Part shown: in pieces, positions 19,559 through 31,329 of the stretch
Layout: every line of letters begins with the position of its first letter
Numbering within the stretch: position 1 is the first letter of the stretch
NCBI GenBank assembly: GCA_913009315.1
Contig: CAJVZA010000001.1
Span: 332-64,331 of the forward strand
Length of the DNA: 64,000 nucleotides
Reading direction: 5' to 3'
Source of the DNA: an uncultured Hippea sp.
Lineage (GTDB): Bacteria > Campylobacterota_A > Desulfurellia > JAADFJ01
The notes under the pieces: model-generated
Databases searched by the model: none
What the model was told of the DNA's origin: nothing
The model's input: only the letters and a program-made list of their open reading frames with translations
Program-made: the position numbers and the translations under genes

Positions 19559-20137
19559 TTATTTAATCATGAGTGTAAAATGATCTCTTCTGTTTTTTGC
19601 CCATGCTACTTTGTTATGAGCAGGATCAATCGGGTTGTCCTTCCCGTAGCTTACCATTGAGATCTGGTCTTCTGAAACACCTATTGCCGTAAAATAGTTT
19701 TTAACAACATTTGCTCGTCTCCAGCCCAGTGCTATATTGTACTCTTGAGTTCCTCTTTCGTCGCAATTGCCTTCAATCCGGACCCGAACGCGTGGATGTT
19801 TGATGAGCCATTGCGCCATATTTCTGAGTGCAGCAAAATCTTCCTTCTTTATGACAGCCTTATCAAAATCGAAATGTGTATTTCTGAAGATAGTTGATGA
19901 TGCATTCTTAATAATGTTTCTAAGCTCGCTTGTGCTGATTTCAGGGGTAGTGACACTTTTGAGTGTTGCTGCAGGCGGCTTATTAACGGTAGGTGCCGTT
20001 ACCTGTTTAGCAGCAGCTTGTTGAGTAGTCTTGGTTTCTTTCCCAGCGCTGCCTTTTACAGTACGTTTGGCGCACCCTCCCAATACAATAAATGCCAATA
20101 CCAATGCCACGATAGATAATTTTCCAAAACTCTTCAT
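19559..20137 (-). CDS. pal: Peptidoglycan-associated lipoprotein Pal (OmpA-like)
   Basis: Lipobox LGGC and an OmpA C-terminal domain. The start at 20137 is preferred over the track start at 20197. Confidence 0.8.
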   Translation of the reverse strand: MKSFGKLSIVALVLAFIVLGGCAKRTVKGSAGKETKTTQQAAAKQVTAPTVNKPPAATLKSVTTPEISTSELRNIIKNASSTIFRNTHFDFDKAVIKKEDFAALRNMAQWLIKHPRVRVRIEGNCDERGTQEYNIALGWRRANVVKNYFTAIGVSEDQISMVSYGKDNPIDPAHNKVAWAKNRRDHFTLMIK

Positions 20138-20200
20138 TTTTCCCTCCCTTAAAATTTCATTCAACGATCTCATAAGATAATCGAAATCGTACCTCACATA

Positions 20201-21481
20201 TTATCGTAAAAGATGAGACCATGCAAGTGAGCCAATGTCGCCTTTTACAGAAAAAATCAGATTTTCCTGTCCGCTAAATAGATTTGACAGATAAACAGAG
20301 GAAATATCATTTTCCTTTTTAACGAACGCAACAAATCTGCCTCCGGGAGACCATACAGGTGCCACATTTGTAAAGCCGTTTGATAAGATTTTATATCCGC
20401 TTCCATCGCTGTTTATTGATGCTATGTCTAAATTGCCCTTCAGGCGGCTTACAAATGCAATTTTTTTACCATCGGGAGACAGATTCGGAGATGTATTGTA
20501 GCTGCCTTTGTATGTCAAACGTCTTATACTGCCTGTTGACAAATTTTTTATAAACAGCTGAGGCATTCCGAACCGGTTGGAGGTATAAATTAGCTTGTTG
20601 CCGTACAGTATCGGAGATACGTTAATTGCACCGTCATATGTTAAGCGTTTTCTTTTGCCTGTTTTGACATTGAGCATATATATATCAATTGAATTTCCAT
20701 GAGGGGCAGAATAAACGATAAACTTTCCGTTTTCAGAAGGATGTCCTCCAATATTTATTCCTCCGAAACCTGCAATCAGTCTAATTTTGCCGGTTGACAT
20801 ATTATATTTGTATAAAACGATATTATTACCTTTTAAAGAGCTGAAATAGATAATTGATCTCCCCTGCCACTTGGGTAAATAGCTTAAGGTTTTAAAATTT
20901 GTAATTTTGGTTAATTTTGAACCATCAAATTCGCTAACATAAAGTTCTCTGTATTTTCCCCTTTTCAGGGAGAATGCAAACATAGATTCAAAAGGTCCGT
21001 AATAACCAAACAGGGATTTAAAAATATCGTCGGCAATGCGATGCGCCAGCCATCTGCTGCCACCAGATCCGGTTTTATATGATCTTGAAAAAATCTGTTT
21101 AAACGGTACTCTGCGTACAAATCTGATTTTGACCACGATATCTTTATTATCATTTTTAAGCGAGCCGTACAGAAGATATGCTCCTCCGAGTCCTCCGCTG
21201 CCATTAACAAGAGAAAGGTGATCGGCGTCAAACTTTATCGGCAATTCCGAATATATTATATTGAAAAGGTTTGTAGTATTAAGATCGTGTGCTATTCGTT
21301 TGGATATGGAAAAACTGTCTTTATCAATGGCGTGGATCTGAACGGAGATTTTTTGAAAGTGCGGATTATTAATATCGATTTTGAATAATGCTGCATTGGA
21401 GTTCGAAGGCAGCAGAATCAAGGTTACAACGCTAAGTATAATGCTATAAACTATTCTAATTAAACTCATTTTTCGAAACAT
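20201..21481 (-). CDS. tolB: Tol-Pal system beta-propeller protein TolB
   Basis: Signal peptide, TolB N-domain and WD-like propeller repeats. Confidence 0.8.
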   Translation of the reverse strand: MFRKMSLIRIVYSIILSVVTLILLPSNSNAALFKIDINNPHFQKISVQIHAIDKDSFSISKRIAHDLNTTNLFNIIYSELPIKFDADHLSLVNGSGGLGGAYLLYGSLKNDNKDIVVKIRFVRRVPFKQIFSRSYKTGSGGSRWLAHRIADDIFKSLFGYYGPFESMFAFSLKRGKYRELYVSEFDGSKLTKITNFKTLSYLPKWQGRSIIYFSSLKGNNIVLYKYNMSTGKIRLIAGFGGINIGGHPSENGKFIVYSAPHGNSIDIYMLNVKTGKRKRLTYDGAINVSPILYGNKLIYTSNRFGMPQLFIKNLSTGSIRRLTYKGSYNTSPNLSPDGKKIAFVSRLKGNLDIASINSDGSGYKILSNGFTNVAPVWSPGGRFVAFVKKENDISSVYLSNLFSGQENLIFSVKGDIGSLAWSHLLR

Positions 21482-22223
21482 TACAGGTTAAAATTATTTC
21501 TATGATTCTATCATTTGAGGCTTTATATGGTGGAAACGGTGCAGCCGCTCTAACTGCATCGACGCATGTTTTATCATAATATGCATCGCCTGAGCGTTGC
21601 TTCAGTTTAGTCAAAATTAATCTCCCCGATTTTGCAATTACGACTTTTACTATAGCAGTATAATCTGCTTTTTTCAACATATATTTGTTTATTTTCCACT
21701 CTCTTTTTATAAGTAGTTTTATTAAGTTTTGATAGGGTACTTTTTTGCTTGATGTCTGCCTTATTTCGGTTTTAATTTTTTGAAAAATTTTTGATATTCG
21801 TTTTTTAAGCATAACTTTCTTGATTTTCTGTTCTTTTCTGATTCTTTCTCTTATTTTGCTAAGATTGTTTTCCGCAACCTTTTTTGCAGGTTTTTTTGTA
21901 GTAACTTTTATTTTTTTTATACGTTTTTTTGTTTTCGATATTTTTTTTCTTTTTTTTAGCGGTTTTTTCTTCTGTTGTCTTCGTTTCTTTATGATGCGAT
22001 GCACCGTTCTAATCTTCTTTATCTTTTTTGCAGGTTTTTTTCTGTGAATCTTTGGTTTTGTCCGACTGACGCTTGATACAATATCCACATTCAGAATCTT
22101 TTCATTGCTGCTTATGCGTTTTGCACTGTATGGTATATAAAGCAGCAGAAACAGCAGGCTGATATGGAGCAGGAGAGAAAATAGCCAGCCGAATATTGAT
22201 TTTTTCCTGTCTGTATGAATCAT
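21456..22223 (-). CDS. tolA: TolA-like protein (N-terminal TM, Lys-rich linker, TonB/TolA C-terminal domain)
   Basis: Composition and its position between tolR and tolB. Confidence 0.65.
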   Translation of the reverse strand: MIHTDRKKSIFGWLFSLLLHISLLFLLLYIPYSAKRISSNEKILNVDIVSSVSRTKPKIHRKKPAKKIKKIRTVHRIIKKRRQQKKKPLKKRKKISKTKKRIKKIKVTTKKPAKKVAENNLSKIRERIRKEQKIKKVMLKKRISKIFQKIKTEIRQTSSKKVPYQNLIKLLIKREWKINKYMLKKADYTAIVKVVIAKSGRLILTKLKQRSGDAYYDKTCVDAVRAAAPFPPYKASNDRIIEIILTCNVSKNEFN

Positions 22224-22300
22224 CTATGTAAGAGTGCCTTAAGCCTGACATTTATCTTGCCATAATCGGCCGGCCCGGCATTTGCCATATAATTAAACTG

Positions 22301-22699
22301 TTATCTAATTTTAGACCGCTTTGGCGTGGTCAAAAGTCCTATCTTTTGCATTCCAAGCGATTTTACCATATCTATGAGATTCACAATGGTACCGTAGGGG
22401 ACGGATCTGTCTGATTTTATGAGGACTCTCAGGTTGCCGTTGCTTTCTGCTAATCTGTCTCGTATCCCTTTTATGCTGCTTCTTGTATCATTAAAATAGA
22501 AAACGCCGTTTTTGTCTACGCTTATTATGATGTCTTTTCTGTTGACCTTTGCCTTGGATGAACTTGCCTTTGGAAGATTGACATTTATACCTTTTGTAAG
22601 CATAGGAGCAGTCACCATTACTATAATCAAAATAACCAGAATAACATCTACGAATGGTGTTATATTAATTTGCCATATTGCCTGATCATTATTTTTCAT
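22301..22699 (-). CDS. tolR: TolR/ExbD family protein
   Basis: 132 aa with a single TM; ExbD/TolR fold. Confidence 0.75.
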   Translation of the reverse strand: MKNNDQAIWQINITPFVDVILVILIIVMVTAPMLTKGINVNLPKASSSKAKVNRKDIIISVDKNGVFYFNDTRSSIKGIRDRLAESNGNLRVLIKSDRSVPYGTIVNLIDMVKSLGMQKIGLLTTPKRSKIR

Positions 22700-23265
22700 T
22701 TATCAATAGAATTTAGGACAGCCTCCACGCTAACCATAATATCATTAATTTTATTTCTTATAATGTTATAGGCGAAAACTGCCGGAATGGCCACAAACAG
22801 ACCTGCAGCAGTTGTTATTAACGCTTCGCTTATCCCCGGAGCTATAACGGCAATATTGGTTGAGCCGGACAAACCTATTTCTGAAAATGCGTTCATTATT
22901 CCCACAACTGTTCCAAAAAGGCCTATAAACGGTGCGTTGATTCCGATAGATGCAAGCATAGTAAGACCTTTTGATAGTTCAGTTCTTGTTTCTTCTATAT
23001 AGATCTGCGGATTATGCTCTCTTTTTTTGAAAAACATTGCTGTCGGCGAATATCGGAGTTGATTTGCATAGGATACGATATCGGATATTTTGCCGTCCTC
23101 TTTTATGAACTGCTTTACCATATTTTCCTGTTTAGCTACCTCTTTTATCAAAAAGTATTTTTTGAAGATAACCGCCCATGACCAAATAGATAATACTAAA
23201 AGAACTATAAGTACCAATATAGCTACAAGACCGATTGAACCGATACTTATTAATGCGTCGTTCAT
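22696..23265 (-). CDS. tolQ: TolQ/ExbB/MotA-family proton channel
   Basis: Three TM helices; MotA/TolQ/ExbB motif. Confidence 0.75.
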   Translation of the reverse strand: MNDALISIGSIGLVAILVLIVLLVLSIWSWAVIFKKYFLIKEVAKQENMVKQFIKEDGKISDIVSYANQLRYSPTAMFFKKREHNPQIYIEETRTELSKGLTMLASIGINAPFIGLFGTVVGIMNAFSEIGLSGSTNIAVIAPGISEALITTAAGLFVAIPAVFAYNIIRNKINDIMVSVEAVLNSIDK

Positions 23266-23675
23266 TTATACGAGGTAAGCTTAAATAGTACCGACAATTT
23301 ATCTACTTCCGTTTTCATATTGTTATATTTTGGATCCGATTTGTCAATTTTATCCATATTCAATTTTTTCCCTTCGTACAGTTTTTTATATTCATCTTGG
23401 GTTTTTGTAAGGTCTGTCTTTTCATAGGCATTGTCCGTCACAACAGTGACCTTGTCTTCAAAAACATGCAGGAATCCTGATGTTATACCTATAGGATCAT
23501 CTGCTCTTCCTAAATTTCTCAAAAATAGAATACCCGGAGCAAGTTCGGTTATGAAAGGAGCATGCTGAGGGAGAATTCCAAAATCGCCCTCAACTCCGGT
23601 TGCTCCTACATAATCACATTCGACATTTCTTATCTTTTTATTGGGCGTAATAATAATACAGTTCAGCTTAGACAT
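23262..23675 (-). CDS. atpC: F1 ATP synthase epsilon subunit
   Basis: 137 aa, downstream of atpD. Confidence 0.85.
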   Translation of the reverse strand: MSKLNCIIITPNKKIRNVECDYVGATGVEGDFGILPQHAPFITELAPGILFLRNLGRADDPIGITSGFLHVFEDKVTVVTDNAYEKTDLTKTQDEYKKLYEGKKLNMDKIDKSDPKYNNMKTEVDKLSVLFKLTSYK

Positions 23676-23676
23676 G

Positions 23677-25089
<1,413 letters not shown>

Positions 25090-25950
25090 TTATCTCATTG
25101 CTTCTATTGCCGATGAAATTTCGATTAGCTCTCTTGTTATCTGCGCCTGCCTTGCCTTATTGAAATCAAGTGTCAACTTTTGTATCATCTCCGATGCATT
25201 ATTGGTTGCTCCGTCCATGGCAATCATACGTGCAGCCTGCTCACTTGCCGATGCTTCCAGAAAAGATCTGTATATCTGTGAATAGATAACCAGGGGAAGC
25301 AGTTTATTTAAAAGATCTTCCTTCTCCGGTTCAAAAATATATTGCGTGTTATCATTTTTTTTGGACAGCTCCGCAATCGGCACGATACGAACTTCCTGAA
25401 CCTTTTGAGACAAAACCGATATAAATTTATTAAATATCAGATATACCGTATCGGTTTCACCGCTTATGTAACGATTTATTATAGCATCTGAAACGGTGGC
25501 TGCGTCATTAAAATCGATCTGTTTTTCAAGAATGCCGGAGTATCTGTTTTCTACAGACCATTCGTGGAAATTGGAATATCCTATTCCGACTCTTCCTACA
25601 ATTGTAGCTTTGCAGTCAATCCCCTTTTTTCTTTTTCGAATCATCATTTTTTCTGCTGCTGCAAGGACATTATGATTTGATGCTCCGCACAGGCCTTTAT
25701 CGGAAGTTATTACGATTATTTCAGCCTTTTTTTCATCTCTTAAAAGTAGAAGAGGATGGTCCGAAAAACTGCATGTGGACACGAGCTTTCCCGCTATCTC
25801 TTCAACGGCGTCGGCATAAGGCCTCATCTTCAAAACTGCATAATTTGCGCGTCTGAGCTTGGCAGAGGCCACCATCTTCATAGCCCTTGTAATTTTTTGA
25901 GTATTTTTAACGCTGCCGACTTTGCGTTTTATCTCTTTTGTGCTGGCCAT
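25090..25950 (-). CDS. atpG: F1 ATP synthase gamma subunit
   Basis: 286 aa with conserved termini. Confidence 0.9.
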   Translation of the reverse strand: MASTKEIKRKVGSVKNTQKITRAMKMVASAKLRRANYAVLKMRPYADAVEEIAGKLVSTCSFSDHPLLLLRDEKKAEIIVITSDKGLCGASNHNVLAAAEKMMIRKRKKGIDCKATIVGRVGIGYSNFHEWSVENRYSGILEKQIDFNDAATVSDAIINRYISGETDTVYLIFNKFISVLSQKVQEVRIVPIAELSKKNDNTQYIFEPEKEDLLNKLLPLVIYSQIYRSFLEASASEQAARMIAMDGATNNASEMIQKLTLDFNKARQAQITRELIEISSAIEAMR

Positions 25951-25952
25951 CT

Positions 25953-27461
25953 CTATGGTTTAAAAATATTGTCAAATTCTGTCAAAACAGATTCAATTTC
26001 TTTTATCAAATTATCATCCAGCTTTTTCTTATCAGCTATCTTTTTTAGAATTTCAGGATGTTTGGCATCAACAAAATCATAAAGTTCGGTTTCATAGCTG
26101 CCGACTTTCTCTTCGGGATATTTATCAAGAAATCCATGAGTGCCCGCATAAACGATAATTATCTGCTTTTCGACGGGAATCGGATGGTATTGAGGCTGTT
26201 TTAATACTTCCATCAATCTTGCGCCTCTTTCGAGCTGCAGTCTTGTTGATTTGTCAAGATCGCTTCCAAATTGAGCAAACGCTGCAAGTTCTCTATATTG
26301 CGCAAGTGAAAGTCTTAAATTTCCCGCAACCTGCTTCATAGCCTTAATTTGGGCGGCTCCTCCGACTCTTGATACCGACAATCCGACATTCAGAGCAGGT
26401 CTGAATCCTGAATAAAACAGATCGGTTTCAAGATATATTTGACCATCTGTTATCGATATAACGTTGGTCGGAATATATGCGGAAACATCTCCGGCCTGAG
26501 TTTCGATAATTGGAAGTGCAGTGAGACTGCCCCCTCCGTTTTCATCGGAAAGTTTTGCGGCTCTTTCAAGTAGTCTCGAGTGAAGATAAAAGACATCTCC
26601 CGGATACGCTTCTCTGCCCGGAGGACGTCTCAGAAGCAGAGAAAGCTGCCTGTATGCCTGTGCATGTTTTGAGAGATCATCGTATATTATAAGGGCGTGC
26701 TGACTTGAATCTCTAAAATATTCTCCCATCGCGACGCCTGAATATGGAGCTAAAAACTGCAGAGGTGCAGGGTCGGATGCTGTGGCGGCGACTACGATAG
26801 TATAATTCATAGCACCTTCTTCTTTGAGTTTTTTTACAACACGTGCAACCGTTGAGCGTTTTTGACCAATTGCAACATATATGCATATAACATCCTGGCC
26901 TTTCTGATTTATTATCGTATCAATCGCTATAGCGGTTTTTCCGGTCTGTCTGTCGCCAATTATAAGTTCTCTTTGTCCTCTTCCTATCGGTATTATAGAG
27001 TCAATCGATTTGATTCCAGTTTGAAGCGGTTCGTTAACCGGTTGCCTTTCAACAATTCCCGGTGCTTTGACCTCTACAAGACTGCTTGATTTTGCATTTA
27101 CGGCTCCTTTGCCGTCAATGGGTATTCCCAGAGCGTCTACCACTCGCCCCACAAGCTCTTCTCCTACGGGAACCTCTGCAACTTTTCCTGTACGTTTTAC
27201 AACGTCGCCTTCCTTGATGCCCATATCCTCGCCCATAATTACCACACCGACATTATCTTCTTCGAGATTGAGCGCTATGCCTCTGAGGCCGTTTGGAAAG
27301 GTAACCATCTCATTTGCCATAACATTATCAAGACCGAAAATCTTGGCTATGCCGTCACCAACCGACAGGACTATGCCTGTTTCGGATACATCGACGGTTT
27401 TTCCAATAGATTCTATACGCTCACGTATAATTTGACTTACTTCAGCAGCCTTTATTGCCAT
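25953..27461 (-). CDS. atpA: F1 ATP synthase alpha subunit
   Basis: GDRQTGKT P-loop. The MAIKAAE start at 27461 is preferred over 27473. Confidence 0.95.
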   Translation of the reverse strand: MAIKAAEVSQIIRERIESIGKTVDVSETGIVLSVGDGIAKIFGLDNVMANEMVTFPNGLRGIALNLEEDNVGVVIMGEDMGIKEGDVVKRTGKVAEVPVGEELVGRVVDALGIPIDGKGAVNAKSSSLVEVKAPGIVERQPVNEPLQTGIKSIDSIIPIGRGQRELIIGDRQTGKTAIAIDTIINQKGQDVICIYVAIGQKRSTVARVVKKLKEEGAMNYTIVVAATASDPAPLQFLAPYSGVAMGEYFRDSSQHALIIYDDLSKHAQAYRQLSLLLRRPPGREAYPGDVFYLHSRLLERAAKLSDENGGGSLTALPIIETQAGDVSAYIPTNVISITDGQIYLETDLFYSGFRPALNVGLSVSRVGGAAQIKAMKQVAGNLRLSLAQYRELAAFAQFGSDLDKSTRLQLERGARLMEVLKQPQYHPIPVEKQIIIVYAGTHGFLDKYPEEKVGSYETELYDFVDAKHPEILKKIADKKKLDDNLIKEIESVLTEFDNIFKP

Positions 27462-27514
27462 AAACTCCTCCAACTATATTTAACAGTCTTATCACTATAG
27501 CGATATTTTTTCTA

Positions 27515-28057
27515 TTAATTTATTAATCCGAACTCTTGACGCAGTTTTGCAACAATATGACGCACCGATCCGTCATAAACAATATTTCCTGCGTAGATTA
27601 CAATTCCACCCCATATATCTTCATCGATCTTATAATTAAGATCAACTTTTTTGCCGGTTATACTGCTTAATGCCTCTTTGACGCCTTTCCTTTCTTTTTC
27701 GGCAAGTTCTACTGCCGAAATTGCGATACCCGAAACTCTGCCGTACAGATCATCGCAGTAGTTTTCAAAAGATTTAACTATATTTCCAAAGATATTGATT
27801 CTTCCATTATTCAGCAAAAAGATCAGAAAGTTGCCTAAAACAGTATTAAGTTTGAAGTTATCGACCATCTCCTGTATGATATCGGACTTTTGAGATACCG
27901 AGATATTAGGCATAGCCAGAAATTGCTTCATCCATTCCTCTGACAGTAACCCGTCAACCTGCTTTAGAGCCTTAAGATAATTATCCGGCTCATCGCCTTT
28001 GTCTTCTGCAATCATAATCAGCGATTTCGCGTATATATTTGATAGTTTGCCGCTCAT
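27515..28057 (-). CDS. atpH: ATP synthase delta (OSCP) subunit
   Basis: 180 aa; operon position. Confidence 0.8.
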   Translation of the reverse strand: MSGKLSNIYAKSLIMIAEDKGDEPDNYLKALKQVDGLLSEEWMKQFLAMPNISVSQKSDIIQEMVDNFKLNTVLGNFLIFLLNNGRINIFGNIVKSFENYCDDLYGRVSGIAISAVELAEKERKGVKEALSSITGKKVDLNYKIDEDIWGGIVIYAGNIVYDGSVRHIVAKLRQEFGLIN

Positions 28058-28596
28058 AATGACCTCAAGTCGGTAATTATTTTATCGTTTATTTTTCTAT
28101 GAATCTTTTCGTCCGCATCCTTAAGATTTTTGGCCAGCTGATGTTCCATTTTATTGAATAATGCTCCGAATATAACCTTTTTTGCCGTTTCCTGTTCGCT
28201 TGCCATTGCTTCATTGATATTTGATTGATATCCCTCGGATATTTCGCGAGCTTTTTTTATAATGGATTCAGTCTTTATTGCAGCTTTTTTTTCATACAGC
28301 GACTGAATTTCAGCTATCGCTTTGTCGATATTCTGATAAAACTCTTCAGATTTTTTAAGCTCAATTTTATTGTGTTTTAAGATATGTTCCGCATCGTCTA
28401 TTTTTTGCTTGATAGATGTTTTTCTGTTTCTAAAGAAATCGGATATCGGTTTATGTAAAAAATAGTAAAGAATTCCGACAAATATAACAAAATCTATGAC
28501 TCTCCAACCCATATGAGGGTTGCCCCCAGACGCTGCTGCCGGTATTGCAGTCAGCATCAACAGCAGTATGAAAGTAAAATTTTTCATCGTAATCAT
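28054..28596 (-). CDS. atpF: ATP synthase Fo subunit b
   Basis: N-terminal TM followed by a long charged helix. Confidence 0.8.
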   Translation of the reverse strand: MITMKNFTFILLLMLTAIPAAASGGNPHMGWRVIDFVIFVGILYYFLHKPISDFFRNRKTSIKQKIDDAEHILKHNKIELKKSEEFYQNIDKAIAEIQSLYEKKAAIKTESIIKKAREISEGYQSNINEAMASEQETAKKVIFGALFNKMEHQLAKNLKDADEKIHRKINDKIITDLRSL

Positions 28597-28597
28597 C

Positions 28598-29065
28598 CTA
28601 TTTTATTAGCGTTATTATCTGACCGACAAGTAAAGATGCTTCAGATTCTATATAGCCTTTTTCATTTTCTACATCTTTCCACAGGCGTTCACGTTTTTCT
28701 TTAAGTATTGATTCGGCTTTTTGCTTTGCTTCCTCTTTTATCTTTTCGGCCTGATTACGAGCTTCATATAATGCTTTTTCATACAGTGCTTTTGCATTAT
28801 TTTCCGATTCATTGAGCCGATTATTATACCGATTGTTAAAATCCGAGACTTTTTGAGCCAGAAGTGATGCTTTGTCATGCTTTGCATCTATATCTGCGTC
28901 TCTCCTTCTTATATGTGTCAGCAGAGGCTTGTATAATATTTTGTTAAGTATCACCATCAATAGTAAAAAAGCTATACCTTGCGCTATAATCCAATTTGTA
29001 ATACCCATAAAAACCTCACTATATACTTTTTTCTCTAAATATTGTCTTTTAGTTGTTCTGCGCAC
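28598..29065 (-). CDS. atpF: ATP synthase Fo subunit b' (second b paralog)
   Basis: Same architecture as b. The start is more likely 29008, which has an RBS. Confidence 0.7.
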   Translation of the reverse strand: MRRTTKRQYLEKKVYSEVFMGITNWIIAQGIAFLLLMVILNKILYKPLLTHIRRRDADIDAKHDKASLLAQKVSDFNNRYNNRLNESENNAKALYEKALYEARNQAEKIKEEAKQKAESILKEKRERLWKDVENEKGYIESEASLLVGQIITLIK

Positions 29066-29175
29066 CCATCGGACAGCTTCATAAGCAGGTAAAGACCACT
29101 TTCTAACTGTTGCAATGTTGCACTATTTTTATATCAGAAACGAAATTTTTGTCAAGAAATTCTGCAAATAAAAGT

Positions 29176-29460
29176 ATTATGAGACCACTGCACAATAAAC
29201 AGATTCACGGTTTTTTATCAGGTTTGATATTTGGCAGCTCTATTAATTCCAGGCATTTCAAATTGAGAGTCCAAATCCGCAATGTCTGCATGTTGCCTGT
29301 CTGCGCGCGACTGTCCGCACAGGCAGGTCGCAGACAGATTTCATCAGGACGCAAATTGCAGGCAATAACGGGGCTTTGCCAAAAGATAGATTTGGAATTC
29401 AGGATGGTCACTTACAGATTGGTGAAAGAGCTATCGGCTAACCGGTTAGTATCTTATACA
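29176..29460 (+). repeat. Dispersed repeat, copy 1: 'ATTATGAGACCACTGCACAATAAAC' end plus an about 200-bp internal block, upstream of atpF'
   Basis: Read directly. The end motif recurs at 40679, 40930 (rc), 41653/41687, 49275/49314, 51161 (rc) and 53755 (rc). The internal block is homologous to 53705-53755 (rc) and 54125-54246. Confidence 0.6.
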
Positions 29461-29539
29461 ATTTTAATTATTAAGCTGCCTTTCATCTAAAGCTTTCCAC
29501 TTATCGCTGAGATTTATCTTCAGCGTATAAAGTGAGCTG

Positions 29540-29980
29540 TTAATCTATGATATTTTTGAGATCTTTATCTTCAAAAACCAGTTTTTCCATTGTGACCGTT
29601 TTCAGCTTTTCTGCAAGTTCATTTTCGATATCGCGTAAAGCCGGAGAAATTTTGCATATCGGATTTAGAGAGCATATCTGAGGATTGAGAATGCATAGAT
29701 TCATTGATCTGTACGCTTCTAAGGCGACCAACACATCGTACAAATTAATTTTATCTGCCGGTCTGCTGAGTTTTATGCCGCCTCTGCGGCCTTTTTGTGA
29801 AATAATAATGCCATTAAGAACCAGTTTATTCACAATTCTAACTAAAAACGGTTTTGGTATCTTAAGTTTTTTCGCTATCTCTGCAGTATGAGAAAGCTCA
29901 TCTTTTGAGCCTAAATATGCTACCAATCGTATTGCATAATCTGCTTCTCTCGTTATATATGACTTTCTTGCTGTTATCAT
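29540..29980 (-). CDS. Rrf2-family transcriptional regulator (IscR/NsrR-like, 3 Cys)
   Basis: N-terminal wHTH and a C...C..C cluster (CILNPQICSLNPIC). Confidence 0.75.
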   Translation of the reverse strand: MITARKSYITREADYAIRLVAYLGSKDELSHTAEIAKKLKIPKPFLVRIVNKLVLNGIIISQKGRRGGIKLSRPADKINLYDVLVALEAYRSMNLCILNPQICSLNPICKISPALRDIENELAEKLKTVTMEKLVFEDKDLKNIID

Positions 29981-30130
29981 AATCTATTTATAACATAGCG
30001 GATATTATTTTGTCAAGCCGATAGCATGTGTAAATTAAATTCACACTTATTTTTGGTTTCTGCAGATATGTTTATTGCGAGCAGTTTCATTATGTTCAGA
30101 TATATTAGGCTGTTCCTTGACTTTCTATGC

Positions 30131-30159
30131 TTGACAAACTGACGAACGGGTGCTAAAGT
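30131..30159 (+). promoter_or_regulatory. Sigma-70-like promoter (TTGACA-17-TAAAGT) for the XRE-cupin regulator / por operon
   Basis: Read directly, about 30 bp upstream of ATG 30190. Confidence 0.45.
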
Positions 30160-30189
30160 TTAATATCATTAAACAATGGAGGAAGTAAA

Positions 30190-30768
30190 ATGGAAAAAGC
30201 TATTGCTGTTGGAGACAGGGTTAAATATTATAGAAAAAAAAGATCAATGACAATTCAACAGGTAGCAGAGGCGGCAGGATTGTCAAAAGGACTTATAAGT
30301 CAGATTGAGAATAGACTTGTTTCACCACCCATTGCAACATTGTTTAAAATTGCAAATGTTCTTGAAGTCCCAATGGCCAGATTTTTTCAGGATGAATTAT
30401 CTGTTTCCGATAAGATAGTAGCCGTAAAGGAATCTGAACGTAAAAAAGTCAACAGAAGAAAGCTTTCCGGAAGTATGTCACTGGGCTATAGCTACGAATC
30501 GCTTGCATGGAAAAAGACGAAGAAATCAATGGAGCCGTTTATTATCACATTTGAGTCTAAACAAGCGGATGAGGTAGCCTATTTCAGTCATCAGGGAGAA
30601 GAATTTCACTTTGTGTTAGAGGGAGAACTTGAATTTCTGAGCGATGAAAAAACTGTTGTACTCGAGAAAGGAGATTCGCTTTATTTCGAATCAAACATAA
30701 GTCATGGATTCAGGGCGTTAAATGGAAAACCGGCAAAGACTCTTGTAGTTATTCATTCAGATTATTAA
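30190..30768 (+). CDS. XRE-family HTH plus cupin transcriptional regulator
   Basis: HTH_XRE N-terminus and a C-terminal cupin barrel. Confidence 0.75.
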   Translation: MEKAIAVGDRVKYYRKKRSMTIQQVAEAAGLSKGLISQIENRLVSPPIATLFKIANVLEVPMARFFQDELSVSDKIVAVKESERKKVNRRKLSGSMSLGYSYESLAWKKTKKSMEPFIITFESKQADEVAYFSHQGEEFHFVLEGELEFLSDEKTVVLEKGDSLYFESNISHGFRALNGKPAKTLVVIHSDY

Positions 30769-30780
30769 GAAGCTCTTCCA

Positions 30781-31329
30781 ATGAAAAGTATTAGAATTCA
30801 CGGAAGAGGCGGACAGGGGGCGGTTTTAGCAAGCAGAATATTGGCATACGCATACTTTCTGGAGGGGAAATTTTCTCAAAGTTTTCCAACTTACGGAGCC
30901 GAAAGAAGAGGTGCTCCGGTTGCATCATTTGTAAAAGTTGATGATAGTTTTATAAATGAAAGATGTCCTGTTAAAACTGCGGATATGGTACTGGTTCTAT
31001 CTGACAGCATTATAAAACTTGTTGATATAGTAGAAGGCACAGGTCTCGAAAGCATTATCTTAATTAATTCAGGCAAGAAAAGCGACACTTTTAATTTGGA
31101 GACGGATGCAAAAATTCTTACGTTCGATATAGCTAAAATAGCCGTTGATAACGGACTTGGTACGCCGTCTTTTCCGCTTGTAAATATCCCTGCGCTCGGT
31201 ATAGCAGGAAAGATTGACGGTATAAAGCTTGATAGTTTGATAAAAGCTACCGAAAAATTTGTTCCGTATAATGTAGAAGATAGCATCAGAGCATTAAAAG
31301 CGGCATATAGGAGCATAATAAATGAGTGA
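30781..31329 (+). CDS. porC: 2-oxoacid:ferredoxin oxidoreductase gamma subunit
   Basis: HGRGGQG motif; 182 aa. Confidence 0.8.
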   Translation: MKSIRIHGRGGQGAVLASRILAYAYFLEGKFSQSFPTYGAERRGAPVASFVKVDDSFINERCPVKTADMVLVLSDSIIKLVDIVEGTGLESIILINSGKKSDTFNLETDAKILTFDIAKIAVDNGLGTPSFPLVNIPALGIAGKIDGIKLDSLIKATEKFVPYNVEDSIRALKAAYRSIINE

